Origin: a virus
Taxonomy: Duplodnaviria; Caudoviricetes
IMG/VR virus record: IMGVR_UViG_3300008448_000596
Coordinates: 1 to 24,835 of that record
Reading direction: 5' to 3' (one strand)
Length of the DNA stretch: 24,835 nucleotides
The position numbers and the translations under genes are program-made. Below the pieces are notes generated by a model that ran no database searches, was not told the DNA's origin, and saw nothing but the letters and a program-made list of their open reading frames with translations. Shown piece after piece: positions 1 through 9,540 of this stretch; positions within the stretch are counted from its first letter, which is position 1; each line of letters opens with the position of its first letter.

Positions 1-62
1 GCAATATGAATAATTGTATCTACTTTAGCAAGTGATCCAACCCACAATGTTTCTTTACGCAT
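1..62 (-). CDS. 5' end of a probable metallophosphoesterase (SbcD/Mre11/T4 gp47-like nuclease), truncated by the window edge
   Basis: Not in the ORF track. ATG at 62-60 overlaps the end of the primase gene and reads MRKETLWVGSLAKVDTIIHIA to the edge, matching the lead-in to the 'hHhADxH' first motif of calcineurin-like phosphoesterases. Only about 21 codons are visible. Confidence 0.55.
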   Translation of the reverse strand, partial: MRKETLWVGSLAKVDTIIHI

Positions 63-1008
63 ATAATATCCTCTGTTTAATTATGTCATAACTGTCTGTG
101 GGTTTTGTTTCTTGCTTAACACCAACAAAATCTTTGAAACCCATTTCATTTATATCTTTTTGTTCCATCTTAACCATTGATACTTCAATACCTTCACATA
201 GTAGTTTGGATGAAATTTTTATCGCATCATTCATTGCATCGCTATCAAGTGCAACAATTACTTTTGGTGGTTTACGCAACAATATCCTTTCCATAAGTCT
301 TGGTTGAATTATTTTGCCAAATAGTGGAATTGCATTGTATCTGGCAGTAATAGCATCGAATACACCCTCAACAAGTGTAACAGGTTCTTCCCAATTTATG
401 AAACTTTCAAACCCAATAACATCTTTACTCCATTTTGGATTTTTATATTTTAACAGGTCTTCTTCAAAGATAGAACGAGAAACAAAAAAGTTTAGATTGA
501 AATTGTCATCATAGGATGGAACGATAATTCTGCCAGAATAGTTTCCACTCGGACAATAACCAATACCATATCTCAAAATATCTGTTCTACCAATTCCTCT
601 TGATTTCAAATAATTTAATGCTTGTTTCATTTGCATCTTTACTTGAATATCTTTTATCTTTGGAAACTGATATAGACTGATAAATTCTTTCGGTAATGTC
701 AGTTGTTCTTGTTCTACTTTTTTATTCTGAATGTATAGGTTTTTTGTTTTGAGTATTTTGTTAAGGTCTTCTTGATATTGTCTACCAACTTTCAATTTCT
801 TGAAAAGAGAAATGATACTTCTACCCTTAGCATTACTAACCCAACAATGCCATGGATTTTCTGAATTGTTGTTTACTGATAAATCTATTTCAAGTTTTGG
901 TTTGTAATGACTGATGAATGGTGAGAAGAACGAATAATTGTTGCCAGATGTTCGTCTACCTTTACCGAGAACTTTTTCTACAAGAGATAACAAATCGTAG
1001 TTAATCAT
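55..1008 (-). CDS. DNA primase (DnaG-like/TOPRIM) with degenerate N-terminal zinc-binding region
   Basis: TOPRIM motifs LVEGVFDAI and VALDSDA, plus YLKSRGI, GRIIVP, KYKNP and a C-terminal KDINEMG. I prefer the ATG at 1008 (MINYDLL) over the track's TTG at 1065, because 1009-1065 holds a promoter and inverted repeat. Confidence 0.92.
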   Translation of the reverse strand: MINYDLLSLVEKVLGKGRRTSGNNYSFFSPFISHYKPKLEIDLSVNNNSENPWHCWVSNAKGRSIISLFKKLKVGRQYQEDLNKILKTKNLYIQNKKVEQEQLTLPKEFISLYQFPKIKDIQVKMQMKQALNYLKSRGIGRTDILRYGIGYCPSGNYSGRIIVPSYDDNFNLNFFVSRSIFEEDLLKYKNPKWSKDVIGFESFINWEEPVTLVEGVFDAITARYNAIPLFGKIIQPRLMERILLRKPPKVIVALDSDAMNDAIKISSKLLCEGIEVSMVKMEQKDINEMGFKDFVGVKQETKPTDSYDIIKQRILYA

Positions 1009-1034
1009 AAAACGCACTTTATGTAAAATAATAC

Positions 1035-1065
1035 TTGTCACAAATATAGTAAAAATTTGTGACAA
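1035..1065. repeat. Perfect 11-bp inverted repeat (TTGTCACAAAT-N9-ATTTGTGACAA); possible terminator or operator
   Basis: Arms at 1035-1045 and 1055-1065 are exact reverse complements. It lies directly after the endonuclease stop codon and is followed on the minus strand by GTATTATTTT. Confidence 0.85.
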
Positions 1066-1071
1066 TTACAA
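1041..1071 (-). promoter_or_regulatory. Bacteroidota/FCB-type sigma-A promoter (TTG-N20-TAnnTTTG) upstream of primase
   Basis: Minus strand TTG at 1071-1069, 20-nt spacer, TATATTTG at 1048-1041, 32 nt before the primase ATG. Matches the established -33/-7 consensus. Confidence 0.65.
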
Positions 1072-1473
1072 GCATTCTTTTAACCAATCTTCCGGTATTT
1101 CTTTTTTCGCCCATAGCCAACCTTTCTTATCACAGTATTGAGCGTAGGTTGTTTTACTTCCTTTGTATAACTTTGCATTCGGATTTTGGAATACAAAACG
1201 AATATCTATTCCAGGATATTGTTCAAATATAAGGTCAAACTTTAATCGGTCTGTCTTTATCCATCTACCCTTCGTTTCAACATACATTTTATTGCCAGAC
1301 GTTTTTGTTAGAACAAAATCTGGTGTATAATTGTGTTTAGTTTCAGGTTGTATGTAGGATATTTTTTCAGTTTCATACCCAAATGATTTTTTACTTTCTC
1401 TTAACAAATCATTTACATTGTCTTCTAATCCACTACGAAATCCGTGTTTTATTGCAACTTGATTTCTACGCAT
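1066..1473 (-). CDS. Phage endonuclease I (T7 gp3-like Holliday-junction resolvase)
   Basis: FRSGLE, YTPDFVL, YVETKGRW, DIRFVFQN, LYKGSKTTYAQYCDKKG and IPEDWLKE closely follow T7 endonuclease I motifs (PD-(D/E)xK). Confidence 0.95.
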   Translation of the reverse strand: MRRNQVAIKHGFRSGLEDNVNDLLRESKKSFGYETEKISYIQPETKHNYTPDFVLTKTSGNKMYVETKGRWIKTDRLKFDLIFEQYPGIDIRFVFQNPNAKLYKGSKTTYAQYCDKKGWLWAKKEIPEDWLKECL

Positions 1474-3188
1474 TACATATCAAACCTTACAATGACATTC
1501 ATATCAACATCGTCTCTTTTTTCCAAAGGATTTGCCAATTTAGCAACAGCAAGTAAATTATCATCGTCATCGTATAATCCAACACTTGTTATGTATGGGT
1601 TAAAATATGATGATGTTACATAATTTTCTAAATCGTTTGTATATGCGGCTCTATCAATTCGTATTGATGGATTTTGTGTAAAATTAAATTCACCCCTTCT
1701 GATTTTACAAATTATTTCATATTCATAAAAAGTCGCAGTAGATCTGAATTGTCCTCTGAATCCGTTTGTTATACCATTGTAATCAAAACTTCCAGATTCA
1801 CCTAAAAATGCATTTGCATATTTTGGTCTTGGATCCGATATTACAAAAAATCCAGTTCCATAAAATACATTACCAACTCTTGATGTTTGATATGCATATC
1901 CAGTGTTTAATGAGTTCTCATACAGGTATGGTATTTTTTCTTTTGCAATTCCAGTATTGTATATTCGTATTTCATCCAATGTTCCATGAAAGAAACTTGA
2001 AGTATTTGAACTACCACCAATGAACAATACATTTTCATTTCCAACATCATAGCCCATGGAAGAAGTTACTTCTCCGTTAAGACTTCCATTCAACCATATT
2101 TGATATACACTTCCCGATTTTTGACATACAACATGATACCAAGTATCATTTGCCAATATACTTGATGTAACTTCTATGGTTTGAAATGTAGAACTTTGTC
2201 TAAATGAAAGTTTAGAATTAAAGTTATTATATGATATGTCAAATGGATATTGTGACGATTCCTTTTCAATTTCTTCAAAAGTATGATTTAGTGTATTATC
2301 ATCAACTTTGTAAACTTTTTTTACACTATTTTTGTTAAACAAATAGTTTTTACCTTCAAATCCCGGTGGTTGATCAGATTTTTTATTCATCCAAAAACTA
2401 AATGCAAAATCTTGTTTTTTATTAAAATTTAGATTTACATTTGAATCAACTCTCAAATACGAACCACTAAAATAAGCACCAACACCGGTGGGAGTTGATG
2501 ATCCTGTTATTGGTATACCTGGTACATAAGTAATTTTTTTTGTATTGTATACGCTTACTTTATTTCTATGTGGTGACATATCCAAAACATAGTCTAGTTT
2601 ATTATTTTTTGTATTGTATTCACGGTATTTTTCATTAAAACCAACATACAATAAACAGTTACCAAAATTTACAAATTTATCTTCATCAAATGCCGTATCT
2701 CTTAAATTTCCGGCACTATCATCATTTAATGTATATTCATACGGTGAACCGTAGTTTGATAAACTGACTGAACCTTTTTTTATACCTTCACCGAATACAC
2801 CAACAGGAATCATAAATAATGATGCAGATTCTGCTAAATATGTTATTTGATCATCAGTCGTAATGAATGACGGTTGTTTTTCACTTTTATATTCTGTATA
2901 GTAATTATGATCCAAATAATACCACAAAATTTTTGGATCTAAACTTTGTGTTGTAAAAACTCTTTCGTATAAAGACGATGATATGTTTGCAACATTTCCA
3001 AAATACTTGTGATTTTCTGGATAAAAAGCACGATAAACTTTTATTCCATAGTTGTCCAAATACTCAACTTCTGGCATATACGATGAAAACTTCCAAATTT
3101 TATTAACCTCAAATGGACGAATTGTAAAATCACCCGCCTTCAATCGTTTATGTGTAAAACTTAAATTATTTGCTTTTTGAAATGACAT
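1473..3188 (-). CDS. Putative baseplate/tail-fibre-associated protein with inserted LamG/concanavalin-A-like domain (paralogue 5)
   Basis: LamG-like motifs DFAFSFWM, NDTWYHVVCQK, IWLNG, LFIGG and FHGTLDEIRIYN (about 1910-2660). C-terminal EFNFTQNPS...PYITSVGLYDDDDNLLAVAKLANPLEK is shared with four neighbours. Confidence 0.75.
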   Translation of the reverse strand: MSFQKANNLSFTHKRLKAGDFTIRPFEVNKIWKFSSYMPEVEYLDNYGIKVYRAFYPENHKYFGNVANISSSLYERVFTTQSLDPKILWYYLDHNYYTEYKSEKQPSFITTDDQITYLAESASLFMIPVGVFGEGIKKGSVSLSNYGSPYEYTLNDDSAGNLRDTAFDEDKFVNFGNCLLYVGFNEKYREYNTKNNKLDYVLDMSPHRNKVSVYNTKKITYVPGIPITGSSTPTGVGAYFSGSYLRVDSNVNLNFNKKQDFAFSFWMNKKSDQPPGFEGKNYLFNKNSVKKVYKVDDNTLNHTFEEIEKESSQYPFDISYNNFNSKLSFRQSSTFQTIEVTSSILANDTWYHVVCQKSGSVYQIWLNGSLNGEVTSSMGYDVGNENVLFIGGSSNTSSFFHGTLDEIRIYNTGIAKEKIPYLYENSLNTGYAYQTSRVGNVFYGTGFFVISDPRPKYANAFLGESGSFDYNGITNGFRGQFRSTATFYEYEIICKIRRGEFNFTQNPSIRIDRAAYTNDLENYVTSSYFNPYITSVGLYDDDDNLLAVAKLANPLEKRDDVDMNVIVRFDM

Positions 3189-3189
3189 A

Positions 3190-4470
3190 TCAATTTAACC
3201 TTAATCTAACTTGAATTACGTGTTCTTCATTTGGTTTTTTTCGTATTGGTCTTGGTAGTTTACCAACTGCAACTAGTTCAAAATTATCGTTATACAAACC
3301 AACGGTTGTTATGTATGTTATTGGAAAATCTACAAATGATTCATATTTGAAATGACCATAACTACCAGATAAATAGGTATAGTTGTTACTATAATTAAAT
3401 TCATATTCTTTCAATCTACAAAAGTAAGTTTGTGTTTTAACTTCTTCCGATGCCCTCGCAAACCAAGATCCAGTTACAGTTCTATTTATTGTTGTATTAC
3501 ATGAAGCACTTATAGACATAAAAAACTTTTGTATATTATCACCAACCATTGATGCAGTTACAGTATTTAATGAACACGAATGGTCTAAAACAACACCATC
3601 TAAAACAATTATGCCTTTTTTTGGAAAGATTATACCCCAAGCATCATCAGAATCTTCTCCATATTTTCCATCGTTAAGAGATCCAGAAACCAAATAATAA
3701 TACTCTCGTAATTCCTTTCTTAACGTATTTACATCTGCAAGGTCTTCTGAATCATCTATTAACGTGTAGATTTTATCTGAATTAACGTCTGGATAAAAAT
3801 TACTTCCAGTATTATACAGTTGATTTGCACTTGATGAAATTGGAGCAAGTGTTATTTGTATATTTCCAGGATCAATCATTTCTGGAAAAAGATTTCTATT
3901 AAAATTTATTGCATAAAAATAATCGCCATTTTTTCCATTCTTAAAAGGTATTTTTCCAGTTGTAGAGTGAAAATACTCCATCAGATAATTCTTGTAAATA
4001 ATTTTTGATGGATGTATTTGTGTATGTTGATCTAAATTTTGTAATGAACCAGATCCATTTATATGGCCGTATGTAATATCAAACATAAAATTGTCATCTT
4101 GTTCACCTTCTTTATTAGATAAAACTCTTAAAAAATAATTAGAATCACCAAATGTTGATGAAGTGTGAAATGTGTTTAATTTCTCTCCATCACAGGGGAA
4201 CAATCCTTTTTTTCTATATTTTGTTTGGACAATAGAAAAATCTCTAGGAGTCTTAAACTTTTTGAATGACCTTGATTTTAATGAAGATAATGGAATTGGA
4301 GGTGGTGCAGGTGCAGATTCAGGCCTCTGCATTAAAAATGTAACAACTTCATTATTAGTAACTGCTCGGTATCTATCTTTTGAGGGAAATCCATTTGCAA
4401 TCTGAAAATCGATATACCCCTTTATCATTTCAAGTAGGTATTTATTTATTTCAAAACTTAATACTTTCAT
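3190..4470 (-). CDS. Putative virion structural protein, tandem family paralogue 4
   Basis: Shares FDITYGHINGSGS, YAINFNR...IDPGN, TLIDDS, VSGSL, GIIFPKKGIIVLDG, YFCR...FNYSNN and YITTVGLYNDNFELVAVGKL with the other paralogues. Short unique N-terminus and Pro-rich linker. Confidence 0.75.
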   Translation of the reverse strand: MKVLSFEINKYLLEMIKGYIDFQIANGFPSKDRYRAVTNNEVVTFLMQRPESAPAPPPIPLSSLKSRSFKKFKTPRDFSIVQTKYRKKGLFPCDGEKLNTFHTSSTFGDSNYFLRVLSNKEGEQDDNFMFDITYGHINGSGSLQNLDQHTQIHPSKIIYKNYLMEYFHSTTGKIPFKNGKNGDYFYAINFNRNLFPEMIDPGNIQITLAPISSSANQLYNTGSNFYPDVNSDKIYTLIDDSEDLADVNTLRKELREYYYLVSGSLNDGKYGEDSDDAWGIIFPKKGIIVLDGVVLDHSCSLNTVTASMVGDNIQKFFMSISASCNTTINRTVTGSWFARASEEVKTQTYFCRLKEYEFNYSNNYTYLSGSYGHFKYESFVDFPITYITTVGLYNDNFELVAVGKLPRPIRKKPNEEHVIQVRLRLN

Positions 4471-4471
4471 A

Positions 4472-4915
4472 TTACTCTATCAAAGTTGTTGATAAAATAG
4501 TTGGTATATTTGCAGTAAGTTTGAATAACTCTGCTAATCTTGACCTTTCTTGAATTAAAACTGCTCTTATTTCAGGAGTAACAGCAACACCTGTTGGTGT
4601 TGTCTGCAATGTTTCCGCACCTAAAATAAAAGGAAGTTTTTTTACTTGTTCGGGTAATAAAACATCTGTCAAATTATTCAAATTTGCTAATGCTTGATCT
4701 ATCTTTGACCTTTGTGTTAATGCAAGAGCACTTGGATTGGCATTTATCATTTCATAAAACAAAATAGAATTTACCCCACCGTTTATATCAATATCTAAGA
4801 TTTTCTTGAAAAGATTTAATGCAATTTCACGAGCATTTGATTCATCTAAAACTGCTGGGTAATCACCAAGCATAGATCCAGATAAAGCAGTTATTATTTC
4901 TGATTCTGTTATCAT
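4472..4915 (-). CDS. Hypothetical protein (147 aa, probably helical)
   Basis: Fills the gap between two paralogues with 1-nt spacers on both sides (TAA-C-ATG and TAA-T-ATG). No recognisable motif. Confidence 0.75.
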   Translation of the reverse strand: MITESEIITALSGSMLGDYPAVLDESNAREIALNLFKKILDIDINGGVNSILFYEMINANPSALALTQRSKIDQALANLNNLTDVLLPEQVKKLPFILGAETLQTTPTGVAVTPEIRAVLIQERSRLAELFKLTANIPTILSTTLIE

Positions 4916-4916
4916 G

Positions 4917-7900
4917 TTACCAATTCAAACGAATTTTTATTAAAACATCATTTTCTCTTGATTTTTTGATTGGTTTGCTCAATTTTGCAACAGCAATCAA
5001 TTCTTTTTTAGTATTATACAAACCAACAGTTGTTATGTATGTCATTGGATTGTCTACAAAACAAGCATTTTTTATTCTACCTTTTTCAGTTCCGGTGTCA
5101 ATAGTATATGTTGGATTGTTACTGTAATTTGCCTCGCCGGATGGTATTCTAACAAAGTAATGATTTGTTGTCTTAAATTTAACATTACGAGCACGCATTG
5201 GTTTTCCAACAACAGCTGCACCACTAATTGCAGTAAATAGTTTCCAAGAATTGTCACCTGCAACACCACTACCACTAACGGAATTGAATGAAGCGGATGT
5301 GTTTAATTTACTTCCATCCAATACAACTACGCCTAAATTTGGATATACTTTACCGTAAGTTGTTAAAACAGGATTTGTTTGTAAACTTCCGGTTCCACTT
5401 GAATGAATACCAGCTGATAATGAACCACTAACTATTTCGTATGAGTAAAGAGGATCATCGTTTGCACATACATCTTCATCATCGTATATTGCAGAGTTAT
5501 CAATTAAACTCAATATCATTGGATTTGAACCTGAAACTTTTACACTACTTCCGGTATGAAAATTATTTGAAATACCACTTCCACTTAATTCTGCAATGTT
5601 GATTTCAAAATTACCAATATCTAATTTATCACTTAATCCGTTTCTAAAAAAGTTTATTACATATATGTCATCTGGTGTATTTAATGAACCAGAGTCATAG
5701 AATGAAAAATGCTTTTCATGTGGATCAAGTGCCAATAATCTATATTGGGAGTAAATAGCACGACTTGGACTATCATCCGATTCATAACCACTTGCAATTG
5801 ATCCAGAACCCTTCCAATTACCATAAGCAAGTGCAAAATATGATCTTTCAGAACAATTATCACAATCTGTTACTTCGTAATAATAATCTTTTGAAGCAGG
5901 ATTTTGATTTGATGATGTCAATACGCAATCCAAAGATTGTGACAAATTGAATAAACCCTTGATAGATTTTTTACGCATTCCTGGTAAAATATCAGTTCCA
6001 TATAAAAATGGATGGTGTAATCTACCAATTCCTGATCCCTCGAAACAATCTACTTTTTGTCTACGATTATCTGTTAATTGTTGTCCAATGGTTAAACCAT
6101 AAGAACCAGCAGGAGATGTTGGATCTGGAGCTGGAAATGCAGGATCTAAAATTTCTTGTGCAGGAAATTCATATTTTGTACCAGACAGAGGATCAATGTA
6201 TGTTATCGCATCATATACTAAATAGTGAGTTAATACCTCAACTTCATCACAACCACATGGGTTATCTAAATCAACTCTAAAAGTTGAGACAACTCTTTTC
6301 TTTGGAATACAGTTTATACTTTGTTTTCTTTGAACAGATGAATAACTTGAAAAATATACACCCGGTTCACCTGAAAATCTTGGTACAATAGGAACCATTT
6401 CATCAACAGTTGTATAATAATATCCATCTACTGTTGTTAAAAGTTTACCGTTTAGATCAGTTGAAGCATTAGAACCTGGTCTTGCCAAATAACTTGTTAT
6501 CCACTTGTTTACCTCTGTTCCAGGAGTTCTATAATCTATTTCTACTCTACCAACACCTGGTTTATTACAAAATATCTTAAACGGAACTCTTTTTTGTCTT
6601 TTAATTCCCCATTGATAATCGCTTTTAATACCCTCTAAACATGGTTGTCCTGGTATTTCTGTAACCAAATTTGATGTAGAATTTTTCATCGGTGTTAAAC
6701 CATTTTGCAATAGTTTAATAAATTCAGGAGAATTTCTATCACCGCGCAATACATCAATAATGTTTCCAGTAACTTCACCACCACTAGTTTCGGTTATCAA
6801 ACTGCGTATTGCCTCTGGATAAAAAGATTCTTTTGGATTTTGATAATCAGCAACATATTCCCACATAAATCCACGAACTGATGCGGATTCTTCATAATAC
6901 GGTGCAGAACAATCTACTGATTTTGCAATCTTGAACTTCCAAGATATTTTGCCGTAATATGGATTTTTTGTATCAATAGTCTCACCATATTCATCACCGG
7001 CTATTAAAACAGGTGTATCACCTGGTCCATCAGTTATTATATCAGTTGGTGTAATTGGGGGATTTGGATTAGGAACAATTCCTTTATTTTCTACTATATC
7101 AGTTATTCTCGATGAAACTAATGAAGTAATTCCAGAATCAGGTTTATCGGTTTGTGGTAAATCTGCTTGAACTGTTGTGCTAGTTTTTATATCAGTATAT
7201 TGTAATGAACCGTAATCACTTCCACCCATAAAGAAGAAGTTTTCCATTACATTCATTTCTTCTTGTGATGTGGCATCATTATACCATTTTATAGATTGAA
7301 CACCGGTTGCATAATCTCTTATGGCCTGTGATAAGGTTGTGATGAATCCAGTTGGTGGTGGACCTGGCTTATAGAATGATTCTTGTCTTCCCATTCCAGG
7401 AGTTGCACCCATTGTGGGACCGTAATTATCAACAAAACATTTTTCATTTTCATCTATAAGTTGATATTTTATATTTTCATATACAGTTTGTTGAACATTG
7501 TTTAACTGAATAGATACTATTTCATTGTATATCTTATCAATAATACTTTTCATATCATAGTGATATGAGTATGTTATTTTACCAACAGATTTATTTTGTG
7601 AATCTCTTGGTTGTATTACAAGATTTCCTTCGGAATTTGGAGTTATATTGTAATAGATATTTGGAGTTACCGTTGTAGTAAACAATTCGGTTGGGGGTGT
7701 ATTAAAACAAGCAGCAAACATTGTTATTTGCAATGTTGGTGCACTTTTTATTCTAAATCCAAAAAACGATTTAGTAGCAGGTTGTAATGGATCTGATGTT
7801 TGTCTTATTCTAAAACTGTATTTTGGTTTTGTACATCCACCAACATTCACTCTTTTACCAACATTTGTTGGTGCTGCGGTTATTCCACCTGAAGCACTTG

Positions 7901-8420
7901 ATTGTCCTGCACCACCTTGCACCAATCCTCTCGCAGATCTATAAATAACTGCACTTGGTTGCATTGAAGTATTCCAATTTAACGGCTGTCCTGATGGTGT
8001 GTATTCTGGAATAATTTCATCAGCAGTTCCATCATTATCAGTATCTCTACCAACATACCAAATTGGTTGTAAACCATTTAAGTATACGGATGGTGTTTTG
8101 CCATTAAAAGGTTGGTTTTGATTTGGTTCATTAAACCAATTTACATATGGTTTAAGTGCATTTGTTTCTTGTAAATATGATCTATAAAGCTTAAATATGT
8201 AACCAAAATTAGAAATAACATCACGCAATCTGCTATTATTGACCAAAACTTCATCATTCATTGAAAATTGCGGATCTTCAAGAATAGCATTTATATTCTC
8301 AATTTCTTTGTCTATAAAATCTATCGTTGATATTATTTTATTTAGATCCTTTTCTCGTATTCCGTTCATTCCTTGATTTATCATTGAAACCAAAAATGAA
8401 CCCAAGATTTCGATATTCAT
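4917..8420 (-). CDS. Large putative virion protein, tandem family paralogue 3 with ~815-aa unique N-terminal extension
   Basis: C-terminal ~350 aa aligns by eye with the 377-aa and 370-aa proteins (DYYYEV, PSRAIYSQY, GNFEINIAELSGSG, YGKVYP, GDNSWKLFTAISGAA, YITTVGLY...AVAKLSKPIKKS). Upstream TAAGGA. Confidence 0.8.
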   Translation of the reverse strand: MNIEILGSFLVSMINQGMNGIREKDLNKIISTIDFIDKEIENINAILEDPQFSMNDEVLVNNSRLRDVISNFGYIFKLYRSYLQETNALKPYVNWFNEPNQNQPFNGKTPSVYLNGLQPIWYVGRDTDNDGTADEIIPEYTPSGQPLNWNTSMQPSAVIYRSARGLVQGGAGQSSASGGITAAPTNVGKRVNVGGCTKPKYSFRIRQTSDPLQPATKSFFGFRIKSAPTLQITMFAACFNTPPTELFTTTVTPNIYYNITPNSEGNLVIQPRDSQNKSVGKITYSYHYDMKSIIDKIYNEIVSIQLNNVQQTVYENIKYQLIDENEKCFVDNYGPTMGATPGMGRQESFYKPGPPPTGFITTLSQAIRDYATGVQSIKWYNDATSQEEMNVMENFFFMGGSDYGSLQYTDIKTSTTVQADLPQTDKPDSGITSLVSSRITDIVENKGIVPNPNPPITPTDIITDGPGDTPVLIAGDEYGETIDTKNPYYGKISWKFKIAKSVDCSAPYYEESASVRGFMWEYVADYQNPKESFYPEAIRSLITETSGGEVTGNIIDVLRGDRNSPEFIKLLQNGLTPMKNSTSNLVTEIPGQPCLEGIKSDYQWGIKRQKRVPFKIFCNKPGVGRVEIDYRTPGTEVNKWITSYLARPGSNASTDLNGKLLTTVDGYYYTTVDEMVPIVPRFSGEPGVYFSSYSSVQRKQSINCIPKKRVVSTFRVDLDNPCGCDEVEVLTHYLVYDAITYIDPLSGTKYEFPAQEILDPAFPAPDPTSPAGSYGLTIGQQLTDNRRQKVDCFEGSGIGRLHHPFLYGTDILPGMRKKSIKGLFNLSQSLDCVLTSSNQNPASKDYYYEVTDCDNCSERSYFALAYGNWKGSGSIASGYESDDSPSRAIYSQYRLLALDPHEKHFSFYDSGSLNTPDDIYVINFFRNGLSDKLDIGNFEINIAELSGSGISNNFHTGSSVKVSGSNPMILSLIDNSAIYDDEDVCANDDPLYSYEIVSGSLSAGIHSSGTGSLQTNPVLTTYGKVYPNLGVVVLDGSKLNTSASFNSVSGSGVAGDNSWKLFTAISGAAVVGKPMRARNVKFKTTNHYFVRIPSGEANYSNNPTYTIDTGTEKGRIKNACFVDNPMTYITTVGLYNTKKELIAVAKLSKPIKKSRENDVLIKIRLNW

Positions 8421-8431
8421 GTGAATTTTCC

Positions 8432-9535
8432 TTAATAGTCAAGTTTTACTTTAACAACCACTTCTCTGTCAAAAGACTTTTGTATTGGTTTACTCAATTT
8501 CGCAACCGCAACAAGATTGTTTGAATCGTCATACAAACCAATACTTGTGATATAAACTTTTGGATCCATAATCATACTTTCGTATTTTAATACGTTATTT
8601 TGATTGAAGAAACTTGGGTTATTGGTATAGTTGTATTCATCGGAATAAACTCTTACAAAATAATATGTTGATGCAACAACTTCACTCGTTCTTCCTTGAA
8701 ATGAATATGAAGCAGTATTATATTGCATTGCACCACTTATTGATGTGAAAAGTCTGTATGCACTATTATCACCAAAAAGACTTCCAGTATAATTTTCTGT
8801 TGCACTCGTTACTCTACTTCTTGTAGTATAAAATGAAGCAGATGCGTCTAATGCCTTACCATTTAATACTATAATGCCATGGTCTGGATAATAAAGTCCC
8901 CAAGGAGTTGATGCATAAGAACCAGTATACTTTCCGTCTGATAATGTTCCACTAACAACATTGTAAACCCTTCCACCTTGAACCGTCAATTCTGTTGTTG
9001 TTACTCCAGAATCATCAATTAGGGTTATTACATCGGAGGGAGAAGATATACTACTACTTCCAAGCGAGTTTAATTTAGATAAAGAAAGTTGCCATGTACT
9101 TGTGTCCATTCTATCTTTATATCTTGAACGATTGACATTTACAACATAAATATATTCTGATGTTTCAGATACAGTTCCATTTGTAAACTCAAATGCATTT
9201 ATTCCAGTTGATAACAACATTTGTCTATATTGAGAATAAATTGCCTGAGTTGGGTAATCATAGTCTTGTGCACCATAAGATCCAGTAGAAGAACCACTAC
9301 CTTTTGAATCACCGTAAGTTACACTAAACTGAACTTCTGCACTTGGAAAATTTGATTGACTGTTGTAAACTTCATAAAAATATCTCTTTGTTCCATCGGA
9401 TTGATCGGATGAAGTAAACGAGGTAAAAAGAGCAACATTATTTCCAGACCATAGTGGAGCCGTAACTAATTCTCTACGATTTCTTCCTATTGCATCGTTG
9501 GAAAATCTTTTTAATACAAAGGGTGTTGTAGCCAT
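8432..9535 (-). CDS. Putative virion structural protein, tandem family paralogue 2 (core only)
   Basis: QFSVTYG..GSGS, AIYSQYR, TLIDDSG, GLYYPDHGIIVLNG, YYFVR...YNYTNNPSF and YITSIGLYDDSNNLVAVAKLSKPIQKS. Likely start is ATG 9535 (MATTPF); the track gives TTG 9544. Confidence 0.8.
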   Translation of the reverse strand: MATTPFVLKRFSNDAIGRNRRELVTAPLWSGNNVALFTSFTSSDQSDGTKRYFYEVYNSQSNFPSAEVQFSVTYGDSKGSGSSTGSYGAQDYDYPTQAIYSQYRQMLLSTGINAFEFTNGTVSETSEYIYVVNVNRSRYKDRMDTSTWQLSLSKLNSLGSSSISSPSDVITLIDDSGVTTTELTVQGGRVYNVVSGTLSDGKYTGSYASTPWGLYYPDHGIIVLNGKALDASASFYTTRSRVTSATENYTGSLFGDNSAYRLFTSISGAMQYNTASYSFQGRTSEVVASTYYFVRVYSDEYNYTNNPSFFNQNNVLKYESMIMDPKVYITSIGLYDDSNNLVAVAKLSKPIQKSFDREVVVKVKLDY

Positions 9536-9540
9536 AACAA

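Noticed and set aside
1035-1065. CRP-like site (TGTGA/TCACA half-sites)
   Set aside because: Half-sites are in the reverse order and too widely spaced compared with TGTGA-N6-TCACA.
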